Shown: positions 48,437-58,481, counted from the stretch's first letter. The stretch is DNA of 64,000 nt from Pyrinomonadaceae bacterium (GCA_046313635.1 JBKBYA010000003.1:160001-224000); one strand, 5' to 3'. Notes: a model not told the origin generated them from the sequence alone. Translations and numbers: made by a program.

Positions 48437-49314
48437 CGCGCGACCAGCACTGAGATCCATTCGCCCGCCTGCTCGACGGTGAGATCCGTCTGCCCGCGAG
48501 CGGCGAGCTCGGCCTCGATTACTGGCCTTTGTTCGGCAAGAATTCCGGAGAGTAAAAGAGAGCGTGACGACTTGGCCAACAGCAGGTCGAGAAGCCGGAC
48601 GATGACGTCGATCGTCAGATTTGCGCAGACAAACGCAAAGACGTGCGTGCCGGCGTCGATCGAGCCGTCAAAGAATCTGATCCGCTCCGCGACGCCGTTC
48701 AAGATCGCGTTCTCGCGCGCTATCGAGACGCTGTCGAGGTCGGTGTCGCAGGCGACGATCTCGGCCGATCCGTCGCCGAGCTTTGCCGCGGCGATCGCGA
48801 GGATGCCCGTTCCCGTTCCGACATCGAGGAATGAATCGGCAGGATCATAATTCGCCTCGATCGCCGCGAGGCAGAGCTGCGTCGTCTCGTGCGTGCCCGT
48901 GCCGAATGCCATGTTCGGCTCGATGCGGATGACGATGCGGTCGCGGTCGTCGACCTCAGACCACGGCGGAGCGACGACAAAACGCCCGATCTCGCTCGGC
49001 TGCCAATGCTTTTTCCATTCGCTGAGCCAGTCCTGATCGACGACCTCTCGATGCGATGTCGAGACGATCGCCGAGCGTTCGAGATCGTAAATGCCGAGCG
49101 CTCGCGCGAGCTCGTCATTCAGCGCGTCGTCGCTCGGCAGCTCGTGAAAGTATCCGATCACGGTCACCGCCTCAGCGCTCGTGCGGCGAAGGTGATTGAT
49201 CTCCGTGCCGAGCGCGTCGAGCTCATTGAGCGCGTGCTCGGCCGCTTCGACAGCGGCGGGGACGACCGTTACCTCGCAGGCAAACCACTTCTGTTTTTCG
49301 TCGGATGTACTCAT
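48433..49314 (-). CDS. prmA: Ribosomal protein L11 methyltransferase
   Basis: DWLSEWK, PNMAFGTGTHETT, DVGTGTGIL, ANL, LSGIL. Confidence 0.95.
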   Translation of the reverse strand: MSTSDEKQKWFACEVTVVPAAVEAAEHALNELDALGTEINHLRRTSAEAVTVIGYFHELPSDDALNDELARALGIYDLERSAIVSTSHREVVDQDWLSEWKKHWQPSEIGRFVVAPPWSEVDDRDRIVIRIEPNMAFGTGTHETTQLCLAAIEANYDPADSFLDVGTGTGILAIAAAKLGDGSAEIVACDTDLDSVSIARENAILNGVAERIRFFDGSIDAGTHVFAFVCANLTIDVIVRLLDLLLAKSSRSLLLSGILAEQRPVIEAELAARGQTDLTVEQAGEWISVLVAR

Positions 49315-49331
49315 CGATCGGTGCGGCAGAT

Positions 49332-50231
49332 TTAACGGTCGAGCCCGAGCTCGTCGAGCGTCGCCTCGCGGTTTCGCCAGTCCTCGACGACCTTTACAAA
49401 AAGCTGCAGGTATACTCGCTTGCCCGTGAACTGCTCGATCTCGAGCCGTGCCTTTGTGCCGACATCGCGCAGCCGCGAGCCCTGCTTGCCGATGATGATC
49501 TTTTTTTGCGAAGGCCGTTCGACGTAGATCGCGCAGAATATGCGGAGCAGGTTCGGGTCCGTCTCGTCAAACATCTCGGTGACGACGGCCGTGACGTACG
49601 GTATCTCTTCACCGGTTGTCTCGAGGATCTTTTCGCGCACCATCTCGGCGACCAGCACGCGCATCGGCTGGTCGGTCAATTCGTCCTCGGCAAAGATCGG
49701 CTCGCCCTCGGGCAGGTGCCGGGCGATGCTCGACAGCAGATCGTCGATCGCCTCGCCGCGGAGCGCAGAGACCGGAATGATCTCCTCGAACTCGAACTCT
49801 TTGGAGTACCACTCGATGAGCGGCAGGAGCTCATTCTTGTTTTTGATCTTGTCGATCTTGTTGAGCACGAGCACGGCGGGCTTGCCCGATCTCTTTACGA
49901 GCTCGAGCACGAAGCGGTCGCCGTTGCCGGTCGATACGCTCGCGTCGCGCATCAGTACGAGCACGTCGACCGACATCACCGCGTCGTTGACCGCGGCCAT
50001 CATCCGGCGGTTGAGCTGAAAGCCCGGCTTGTGCACTCCCGGCGTGTCGACAAAGACGATCTGTCCCTCGGGCCGCGTCACGATGCCCTGGATGCGGTGA
50101 CGGGTCGTCTGCGGCTTATTCGATACGGCCGCGATCTTTTCGCCGACAAGGCGATTGAGCAGCGTCGACTTGCCCGCGTTCGGCCGACCGACCAGCGCGA
50201 CATAGCCGCTGCGAGATCCACTGTCTGTCAT
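49332..50231 (-). CDS. era: GTPase Era
   Basis: GRPNAGKST, QTTR, DTPG, NKID, EEIPY, IIIGKQG KH domain. Confidence 0.97.
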   Translation of the reverse strand: MTDSGSRSGYVALVGRPNAGKSTLLNRLVGEKIAAVSNKPQTTRHRIQGIVTRPEGQIVFVDTPGVHKPGFQLNRRMMAAVNDAVMSVDVLVLMRDASVSTGNGDRFVLELVKRSGKPAVLVLNKIDKIKNKNELLPLIEWYSKEFEFEEIIPVSALRGEAIDDLLSSIARHLPEGEPIFAEDELTDQPMRVLVAEMVREKILETTGEEIPYVTAVVTEMFDETDPNLLRIFCAIYVERPSQKKIIIGKQGSRLRDVGTKARLEIEQFTGKRVYLQLFVKVVEDWRNREATLDELGLDR

Positions 50232-50419
50232 TGTCTAAAAGTTAGCAGACCGCACCCCGAATCGGAAAAAGCCGCGTCCTGTCGCACCGCCGCAGTCAAA
50301 CGGCAGTCAAATAGATGAACGCCTATCCGGACGCGTATGTTTTCGATCTTAGGCGAGTCTTGGCCGAGGAGACTGATCATTCCCGCCGCGTACTAAGTCC
50401 CGCCGCGCTGAAAAAGTTC

Positions 50420-50450
50420 TTTACAGCGGGGGGGGGGGGTGATTTATATT
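50420..50450 (+). promoter_or_regulatory. Candidate promoter with G12 tract in the -35/-10 spacer
   Basis: TTTACA (50420-25), 19-bp spacer containing G12 (50428-39), TATATT (50445-50). Confidence 0.55.
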
Positions 50451-50556
50451 CTTCGCACACATTCAGATTGACCATTCGGTCCACATTGTTCGATCTGTAA
50501 ATTCCCAAGCCGGTCAGCAGTATCGCCGCTTAAGAAAGAAAAAGGAGATTCCCATA

Positions 50557-51699
50557 ATGATCCTTCGTGTGCTCTCATCGGGCGGAAAGCGCCAAAAGCT
50601 TTTCCGTTGGGTCGCCGCGCTTGCTCTGGTCACGACGGTCGTTTTCGGTGTATTTGCCCGCAACGGCTGGCTGCCTTCGACGGACCCCGTGAGCGGCAAA
50701 AAGACGGGTTGGTTCGGCAAGCAGCTGCCGAAGAACGCATCCAGCAGCTGGAACCCGTTCGCTCCACCGCTTCCGACACCGACGCCGCAGCTCTCCAAGG
50801 AGTACATCTATGCCGGCTCGCGTCTGCTGGCGGTCGAGGATGCAAGCGCCAACGCGGCACCGCCGGCCGATCTGGCCGTGTGGCGGCCCAGCACCGGCGT
50901 CTGGTGGGTTTTGAACAGCAACAACCCGTCTACGCCATACACTGTGGCGACGTGGGGCGCCGCTAGCGACGAGCCCGTACCGGGCGATTACGACGGGGAC
51001 GGGAAGACCGACTTCTCGATCTACCGCAGATCGACCGGCGAATGGTGGGTCGTGTACTCATCCAGCGGCACTTCAGCGGCGATCACTTTCGGCGGCGGGT
51101 CAGCAGACCAGACCGCACAGGCAGACTTCGATGGCGACGGAAAAACAGACACGGCCGTGTTCCGGCCGAACGATCCGTCGAGCGGGCTCGCCACGTGGTA
51201 CATCCGCCGCAGTTCGGATGCCAGTTTCTACGCCGTTCAGTTCGGTGAGTCTAGCGACACGCCCGCGGCAGCAGACTACGACGGGGACGGGCGGGCCGAC
51301 GTCGGGGTCTGGCGCGATGCCACCACGACGTTCTATTCGATCGACAGCGCCACCGGAACGCTCCGCACCGCCGTCTTCGGGTCGAGCGGGTCAATACCCG
51401 TAAGCGCAGATTACGACGGTGACGGCAAAGCAAACTTCGCACTTAAGAACGCCAACAACTGGACGATCCTCAACGCGGCCGGCACCGCCACGAGTAATAC
51501 CGCGTGGCAGTCCGCGGGCGACATCCCCGCCCAAAACGACTACGACGCCGACGGCAAGTGCGACATCGCCGTGTGGCGCGAGTCCACCGGCGTCTGGTAC
51601 ATCCGCCAGAGTTCGCGCCTCGGCCAATCAAACGAACTCCGCCAGCAGGAATGGGGAGCCCCCGGCGATATCCCGGTCCCCGCGCTTTACCGCAGGTAA
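50557..51699 (+). CDS. Membrane-anchored FG-GAP/VCBS repeat protein with one YD-like hairpin
   Basis: AAGGAG RBS; N-terminal TM helix; KEYIYAGSRLLAVE; five D(Y/F)D(G/A)DGx(x)D/N repeats. Confidence 0.9.
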   Translation: MILRVLSSGGKRQKLFRWVAALALVTTVVFGVFARNGWLPSTDPVSGKKTGWFGKQLPKNASSSWNPFAPPLPTPTPQLSKEYIYAGSRLLAVEDASANAAPPADLAVWRPSTGVWWVLNSNNPSTPYTVATWGAASDEPVPGDYDGDGKTDFSIYRRSTGEWWVVYSSSGTSAAITFGGGSADQTAQADFDGDGKTDTAVFRPNDPSSGLATWYIRRSSDASFYAVQFGESSDTPAAADYDGDGRADVGVWRDATTTFYSIDSATGTLRTAVFGSSGSIPVSADYDGDGKANFALKNANNWTILNAAGTATSNTAWQSAGDIPAQNDYDADGKCDIAVWRESTGVWYIRQSSRLGQSNELRQQEWGAPGDIPVPALYRR

Positions 51700-51763
51700 C
51701 GTGACTCTGGTTTCGGCTTAAACAGTTCAATATTCGACATTCGACGTTCAAAAAAGAGGCTAT

Positions 51764-54700
51764 ATGACCGGTACAATCAGGATTCGCATCGCAGAGATCG
51801 CACTCGGAATACTGTTCGTTTCTATTTCATCGACCACAGGTCTGTCGCAGGGCGAGGTAAAGAACACAAGCGGCTCCGCGGATAAAAGTCTGAAATCTGC
51901 TGCGCGTGTGAACCCCGCGACATTGGCGATGGAATTCTCAGTGCCGCTGGCCTCTTATCCGGGTCGAGCGGGCAATTCGGTACCGCTTGCGCTCAACTAT
52001 TCTTCAAAAGTTTGGCAGATCCAGCCTTTCGGCAACTGGTCAATGCCGCAGTACCCCGGAAGCGCCAACCGCATCTACTACACCGACGCGCGTGCGAAAT
52101 TCGGCGAAAGAAGCTCCGCCGGATGGACGAGTAGCTTTGTCCCCCCGAGATTGGAGATCAAGGAGGAGTACTTTGATGAGGAAGGGAAGCCATGGAGTTT
52201 TGTTGATGCCTTACTTTTTCACTCTGCAATCTACCAAGACCTGATGAATCCAACTAGTCTCATGTTGCCGACTGGTTGCCGAGAAATAGGAAGGGAGACA
52301 CAGTGCGGGTCGACGCCTCCTCCTTCCAACGTTTATTTCTGTTGGATAAACATTTACATCGACTGCGGCCGGTCAGGGCCTACAACGTTCGACCAGCCCG
52401 ACCCCCCCTCAGGCGGCGGCGGTGGATTACCTCAACCCCATGAGATCGGGTATGTGAAAAGAGCCCGAGTATACATGCCCGACGGTTCGTCGCACGAGTT
52501 TAGGCAGGACGACGCCGTGCATCCGTACTGCACCACGGCGCCTAACAGTTCGCTCTGCAACGGTACCCCGAACACGTACGAGAAAGCGGGCACGTACTTC
52601 TCCGTCGACGGCTCAAGGATGAAACTGGGCGTCGGCGAATCCGGCCAGCCGTCTTTCCTCTACCTACCGGACGGGAGCAGATACATTTTCGGGATCGAAG
52701 GCAATTGGGGGCGCGACCAGTACGCGACCGAGTTCATCGACGTCAACGGAAACCGAACTCTCTACACCCAGTCTGTGGTGCAGGACCCGACCGTTGAAGA
52801 GGGCAAATTGCAGGGCGCGGTCGTCGATAATTTGGAAAGGCCGGGCCTGATCGATCCTTTGGCACAGAACAAAGACGTCAGACTGAAGGTGGGCGAACAA
52901 ACCTACCACGCACCGGGCTTCGACGGCACTACACAGGATTACACGCTCAAATGGGCGAAACTTGAAGATGTCCGGGACGACCCAGCTAGTCAGCCCCTCA
53001 GCTACCGTGGCTCGCACGTTTGTTTCATTGGGGGACAGAACACCATGAAAACGCACCATGACGGACCTCAGTACGACGACCCGAATGTCCCGGATGATGA
53101 CGACGGCCCCATTCTTTTTTACGGCGGATCTGGTACTAGGGTGTGCTCGTCAGCCGGAGGGAGTCCGGATAGGATCTTCAATCCTGTGCTCTTGGCGGAA
53201 ATTGTACTGCCAAACGGAAAAAGCTACCGATTCAGGTACAACCAGTTCGGCGAGATCACGACGATAACGCATCCGACTGGGGCTTACGAGCAGTTCGAAT
53301 ACGGGAAACTCGCGCCGATCGGCAATGAGCCGTCGCCACATTACGACCAGGCCAACCGGGGTGTGAAAAGACATCGAGTCTATCAGGCTGACGGCACTCT
53401 GGAGACCGACCGTGTGTACGAGGAATCGGTGAACAATGGGCAATATCCCGTTCCGCCGAACGCGCCCTACAAGATAACGACGACCAACCGCGACGGCTCG
53501 AAAATAGTTGCGTTTTTGCATCGCACCGATAACGAAGCGTTCGGCTTTTCCGATCCTCGGAGCGGGATGGCCTACGATGAGCAAGTCTTCGACACGAACG
53601 GGGTACTGCGGGCGCGGACACTCACAGATTGGAGGTCCTCAGGGCCGCTGAGTGGCGGCGCCGCCGAAGCCAGCCGAGACGCGCGACCTCAACGCCGAAT
53701 CTCGATCATTATCGATGGTGGCCAAGCAATCGCCCAAATGTCGGAAACCGAGTTTGAAGATCCGTCCACGCCCGGGAGCGGCGCGCCAACGGATCCGTCC
53801 TATTTCGCTCATTTGAACGCCATTCGCACGAAAGCATACGACTATCGAGTAATTGACCTGAGTCTCGCCCAGACCGGCGGCTTTGATCAGATCTCAACGT
53901 ATTTTGCCGGTGCGACGCCGGTCTCAATCAATGAAACCGAGCACCTATACGGGGCGGTAGGCGAGGCCTACAGAAATCGCGGAATTCTTGGGCTTGTCCG
54001 GTCAACGAGCGTTCTCGATCCCGGAACCGGTCAGCCGATTGCGAAGACCGAATATAGATACGATGAGCAGGGGCAATATTTCTCGATGGTGAACGTCGGG
54101 TCAACCGTCGGGTATCAGGCGCCGACCGGTACAAACTCTGAATTAAGAGGAAATGTAACGACGCTGCGGATTTGGAATAAAGATACCGATAATTGGGTCG
54201 AGACTCATACCCAATACGACAATTTCGGAAATGCTAGAAAGGCTTGGGACGCGAGCGGTGATCAAAGCAAATTTGTCGAGACCGAGTTCGGGGCATCGTA
54301 TATGTATGCTTACCCAACCAAGGTCATAACGCCAGCTCCAGACCCGACCGGTACGCACGGCACCAATCAGGGATCGTTCACAACGAGCACGTACGACTTT
54401 ATGACCGGTTTGCCCCGGAGCGTCACTGACGAATTCGGGCAGACGACCGCGACCGAGTACAACGATCCGCTGTTGAGGCCGACTCGCGTTTATGGCGTGG
54501 GGAGTTACGTGATACCCGTCACCGAGACGATCTACGACGACACAGCCCGTACCGTTAAGGTCCGCAAGCAGATCGACGCGGCGAACTGGGACGAAGCGAC
54601 GACGTTTTATGACAGCCTCGGCCGGACGATCAAGACGCAGTCAAAGGATTCGCAAGGCGATGTCATTGTCGAGACCAAGTACGACTTTCTCGGCCGCGCC

Positions 54701-57700
54701 CACATGGTTTCGAATCCCTACCGGCAGGGAGACAGCGCGGTTCTCTGGAGCCTCACGGAATACGACGAGCTCGGCCGCGTCAAGCAAACACGCGAGCCGG
54801 TGGCGAATCAAAACCCCTCGACTCCCACGGGCAACATTCTGGGCACGACCGCGTACGACATTTCAACGGCGCCCGGTTTTATCGGGACGGTGGTGACGAC
54901 GGCCGACGCGGCCGGCAAGAAGGGAAGGTCGATCACCAATGCGCTCGGGCAACTGATCCGTGTCGACGAGCCCGACCACACGGGCGGTCTTGCGCCTTTG
55001 CCGCAATCTACGCCGCAGCCGACTCCCACACCGAGCGGGACGCCGCCGATCGATCCGCCTCCCGGCTGCTCGGCCGAGTGCCTCACCAATACCGAGTATC
55101 CTTCGTACTCGACAGTCTATCGCTACGACGCGCTGGGCAAGATGGTCGAGGTGATTCAGGGCGTGCAGCATCGCTTTTTCAAGTACGACTCGCTTGGTCG
55201 GCTGATCCGCGTCCGACAGCCGGAGCAGGAGGTTAACTCGAGTTTGAATCTCGCCGACGCGGCGACCGGCAATTCCGAGTGGACGGCCGGGTTTGCATAC
55301 GACGTACTGGGCAATGTGTTGCGCGCGACCGATGCGAACGGCGTCAACATCATCAATGAATACGACCGGGCCGGCCGAGTAACCAAGCGCTGCTATACAA
55401 AGCCGAACGTCGCGACCTCGGCGACGACGTGCGCCCAGATCCCGACAGGTGACCAGAGTGTCGACACGCCGGCGGTCAATTTCTGGTACGACGGCAAGGG
55501 ACTTGCCCAGCAGCAGTCGCCCAACTTCGCCAAAGGTAAGCTGACCAAGGTCGACAACACGATCTCGGCGACCGAGTACCTGACGTTCGACAACTTTGGC
55601 CGCGTGACGCGGAGTCGGCAGATCACCGACGGCATAGTCTACGGGACCGACCAGAATCCGATCACCTACACCTACAATTTGTCCGGGGCGTTGATCGAAG
55701 AAACTTACCCCTCCGGCCGCAAGGTGAAGAGCGAATTCGAGAGTGACGGCGATCTCGCAAAAGTCGAGAGTCAGAGGAATGCGTCTGATGTGTTGCGGCC
55801 CTATGTCTCTAACTTCTCCTACACCGCATCCGGCGGCATCAGTCAGATGCGGCTCGGCAACGGGCGGTGGGAGACGGCGAAGTTTAATACGAGACTGCAG
55901 GTCACCGAATTGGGCCTCGGTGCGTCTGCATCTGACGCTGGGCTGTGGAAGGTCAATTACGAATATGGCGAGCTAGATGCGAGCGGTAATGTAGTTGCGT
56001 CAAAGAACGCCGGCAATATCGCCCGGCAGACGCTCACGGTTCCCGGGGCGAGCTTTGTTCAATCCTACCGCTATGACTCGCTCTATCGACTCACCGAGGC
56101 GGTCGAGAAAACGGGGTCGACGCAGAACTGGGTTCAAAACTGGAGCTACGATCGTTACGGCAACCGCCTCTCTTTCTCGCAGAACATCACCGGGACATCG
56201 ACCAACTCAACGCCGGGGATCAGCGAGCAGACAAACCGGTTCACCGACCTGCAAACGTTCGGCTACGACAAGAACGGCAATCTTATTAGCGACAGAGATA
56301 AAGGCAATCTCCCGCGCCAGTTCTCATTCAACGGCGATAATAAACAATCGAAAGTCATCCGCGCCGGCAAGCTGGTCGCCGAGTACTTCTATGACGGCGA
56401 GGGCAAGCGGATCAAGAAGAAGGTATACAACCCTGACAACCCGGCTGTGGTGGACGAAGAGATCGTCTTCGTCTATTCATCAGGCAAGCTCATCGCCGAG
56501 TACTCGACCAAACCCGTTACAGATCCCAAGATCAACTACACGACAACAGACCACCTCGGCAGCCCAAGGATCGTTACCGACCAAAACGGCCAGGTGACCT
56601 CGAGACGCGACTTCATGCCGTTTGGTGAGGAGCTGCTGCCGAATGTCGGATCGCGAGCAAATGTCTCCGGATACACCGCGATCGACAATGTTCGTCAGAA
56701 ATTTACCGGGTATCAAAAGGACGAGGAAACACAACTAGACTTCGCCGAAGCGAGGATGTACGAGAGCCGGCACGGCCGGATGAGTGCGGTTGATCCGGTT
56801 GCGTCGTCTATGATTTGGACCAAGCCTCAAAGTTTGAATCGATACCTCTATTGCTTGAACAATCCACTTTCGTACATTGATAAGAGCGGGGGTTTTCCTA
56901 CAGAGATCCACAATCAACTCATCAAGGATGCTTTTCCGGGTTTAAATGATGCTCAAATTAGGATGATTCAGTACGGAAGTGCGTTAGTCGACACCACGTT
57001 CGGTACAGGTAACTTCGTTCAAATATGGAATGACGGAAGCAATCCTTTCATTGGCAGTCCTTGGTCAAGGATGAGCGTTGGCCCTGTGTTGTTCGACTTC
57101 CCCCGCACGCTTCTTCCGTCGGAAGCGTACAAGCACGCAATGACCCCACCTGGCAAAAGCAAAGAAGAAGCCGTTGTAATGGCTGACGACTTTATCAGTT
57201 CGAACATCAATGATGCGATCAAATTGCAGAATTCATTCGACTCGTCAGGAACCTTTATTTCGCATGCAGCGCTGGTGTCTTTTGGCAAGGCAGCTCATAC
57301 GATGATGGACGCATTTTCTCCCACGCACAGATTCTTTCAGCCCTATTCCATTCCTCGCACGAATGCAATTAGTGGATATTTCACTGCGAAGGTGGGCGAC
57401 GTCAATTATAGCGAGTCTGATTGGGTAAAATTCATTGGCGATGGGCTTGCACACAAGCGCGGGGAGAGCAGCATTACTTCTGCCGAACGCGCCGGGGCTA
57501 TTCGCTTGCTACGAATAAACCTGCTAACCGGATTAGGTAAGACAATCTTTGAACAAGCCGTGACGGATCCCAGTCAAAGACAGGCAATATATGCTGCTGT
57601 CGATTCGTCGCGCTACACAACCAGTGTGCCAAGCAGTTTCTCAATCAGCCGACCGTTCTCGGTACCAACTGGCGAGTGGATGTTCGAAAGGCCTCAGTTG

Positions 57701-57733
57701 ACGTTTCGGACAAACTTTTTCAGGGCGAACTAG
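51764..57733 (+). CDS. Rhs/YD-repeat polymorphic toxin with signal peptide and Zn-PLC/P1-nuclease-like C-terminal domain
   Basis: YDxLGR repeats; Rhs core TDHLGSPR, FTGYQKD, ARMY, DP, NNPLSYIDKSG; ~280-aa AT-richer tip. Confidence 0.93.
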   Translation: MTGTIRIRIAEIALGILFVSISSTTGLSQGEVKNTSGSADKSLKSAARVNPATLAMEFSVPLASYPGRAGNSVPLALNYSSKVWQIQPFGNWSMPQYPGSANRIYYTDARAKFGERSSAGWTSSFVPPRLEIKEEYFDEEGKPWSFVDALLFHSAIYQDLMNPTSLMLPTGCREIGRETQCGSTPPPSNVYFCWINIYIDCGRSGPTTFDQPDPPSGGGGGLPQPHEIGYVKRARVYMPDGSSHEFRQDDAVHPYCTTAPNSSLCNGTPNTYEKAGTYFSVDGSRMKLGVGESGQPSFLYLPDGSRYIFGIEGNWGRDQYATEFIDVNGNRTLYTQSVVQDPTVEEGKLQGAVVDNLERPGLIDPLAQNKDVRLKVGEQTYHAPGFDGTTQDYTLKWAKLEDVRDDPASQPLSYRGSHVCFIGGQNTMKTHHDGPQYDDPNVPDDDDGPILFYGGSGTRVCSSAGGSPDRIFNPVLLAEIVLPNGKSYRFRYNQFGEITTITHPTGAYEQFEYGKLAPIGNEPSPHYDQANRGVKRHRVYQADGTLETDRVYEESVNNGQYPVPPNAPYKITTTNRDGSKIVAFLHRTDNEAFGFSDPRSGMAYDEQVFDTNGVLRARTLTDWRSSGPLSGGAAEASRDARPQRRISIIIDGGQAIAQMSETEFEDPSTPGSGAPTDPSYFAHLNAIRTKAYDYRVIDLSLAQTGGFDQISTYFAGATPVSINETEHLYGAVGEAYRNRGILGLVRSTSVLDPGTGQPIAKTEYRYDEQGQYFSMVNVGSTVGYQAPTGTNSELRGNVTTLRIWNKDTDNWVETHTQYDNFGNARKAWDASGDQSKFVETEFGASYMYAYPTKVITPAPDPTGTHGTNQGSFTTSTYDFMTGLPRSVTDEFGQTTATEYNDPLLRPTRVYGVGSYVIPVTETIYDDTARTVKVRKQIDAANWDEATTFYDSLGRTIKTQSKDSQGDVIVETKYDFLGRAHMVSNPYRQGDSAVLWSLTEYDELGRVKQTREPVANQNPSTPTGNILGTTAYDISTAPGFIGTVVTTADAAGKKGRSITNALGQLIRVDEPDHTGGLAPLPQSTPQPTPTPSGTPPIDPPPGCSAECLTNTEYPSYSTVYRYDALGKMVEVIQGVQHRFFKYDSLGRLIRVRQPEQEVNSSLNLADAATGNSEWTAGFAYDVLGNVLRATDANGVNIINEYDRAGRVTKRCYTKPNVATSATTCAQIPTGDQSVDTPAVNFWYDGKGLAQQQSPNFAKGKLTKVDNTISATEYLTFDNFGRVTRSRQITDGIVYGTDQNPITYTYNLSGALIEETYPSGRKVKSEFESDGDLAKVESQRNASDVLRPYVSNFSYTASGGISQMRLGNGRWETAKFNTRLQVTELGLGASASDAGLWKVNYEYGELDASGNVVASKNAGNIARQTLTVPGASFVQSYRYDSLYRLTEAVEKTGSTQNWVQNWSYDRYGNRLSFSQNITGTSTNSTPGISEQTNRFTDLQTFGYDKNGNLISDRDKGNLPRQFSFNGDNKQSKVIRAGKLVAEYFYDGEGKRIKKKVYNPDNPAVVDEEIVFVYSSGKLIAEYSTKPVTDPKINYTTTDHLGSPRIVTDQNGQVTSRRDFMPFGEELLPNVGSRANVSGYTAIDNVRQKFTGYQKDEETQLDFAEARMYESRHGRMSAVDPVASSMIWTKPQSLNRYLYCLNNPLSYIDKSGGFPTEIHNQLIKDAFPGLNDAQIRMIQYGSALVDTTFGTGNFVQIWNDGSNPFIGSPWSRMSVGPVLFDFPRTLLPSEAYKHAMTPPGKSKEEAVVMADDFISSNINDAIKLQNSFDSSGTFISHAALVSFGKAAHTMMDAFSPTHRFFQPYSIPRTNAISGYFTAKVGDVNYSESDWVKFIGDGLAHKRGESSITSAERAGAIRLLRINLLTGLGKTIFEQAVTDPSQRQAIYAAVDSSRYTTSVPSSFSISRPFSVPTGEWMFERPQLTFRTNFFRAN

Positions 57734-57750
57734 TTGATGGTAGATTGAAG

Positions 57751-58203
57751 ATGTTGGACTCAATGAATAAACCGCATGTATCGGTTACAAGAAAGCACTT
57801 AATCGTCGCTGCGTTGTTCGCATTGACGGGACTAGCCATAGCCCCTTTACCTTCTGAGATAGTTCCCGAATGGCATGTTCAAGCCGTCGCGGAAAATGGC
57901 AAACCAATTGCAAATGTGCGGATTACCCAAGAATGGTCATACAGCAGTCTCATTGGGGTTAATTCACAAACGCTAATCAGCAATGAGGATGGCCAAGTAA
58001 TTTTCCCCGCCCGACGGGTCTGGTACCCACTACTGCTGAAATTTTCCATGCGAATAGTGGAGTATCTCAACTACCTTGTGATGCCTCACGGTTCTAGGGT
58101 GGGCCCGTATTCGCGTGTCACATCACCTGACGGAAATTACTATTGGTTAGAACATCACCCCGGAAGGCAGCAGGAGCACCGACTGATTATTAAAGCCCTG
58201 TGA
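57751..58203 (+). CDS. Candidate cognate immunity protein (N-terminal TM/signal, transthyretin-like beta fold)
   Basis: Directly after the Rhs stop, AT-rich; GKPIANVRI..W...SNEDGQVIFP. Confidence 0.65.
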   Translation: MLDSMNKPHVSVTRKHLIVAALFALTGLAIAPLPSEIVPEWHVQAVAENGKPIANVRITQEWSYSSLIGVNSQTLISNEDGQVIFPARRVWYPLLLKFSMRIVEYLNYLVMPHGSRVGPYSRVTSPDGNYYWLEHHPGRQQEHRLIIKAL

Positions 58204-58481
58204 GCAAATCGTGTAAGGCTGGAAACCTTCGTTTGGTCTGTGAATAACGAAATCGTGCAACTCATGACGCGGATCTCCCAAGCGCTTTGACCGCGGCATT
58301 TGTGTCCAAAGTTGAAATACCGGTTCGCCTGGCGGTGCACCCAAACCACGGAAAGTCGAGCCTTTACCTGGCAGTCATTGTGCATTCTCGGAGGTAACGT
58401 CCAGTTGAACCTGCTCGCTACGGTGTTGTCGTAAGCAATGAATTCTAAACCGCCGGTGGGCTGCTTTGCATCCATTTGCGG

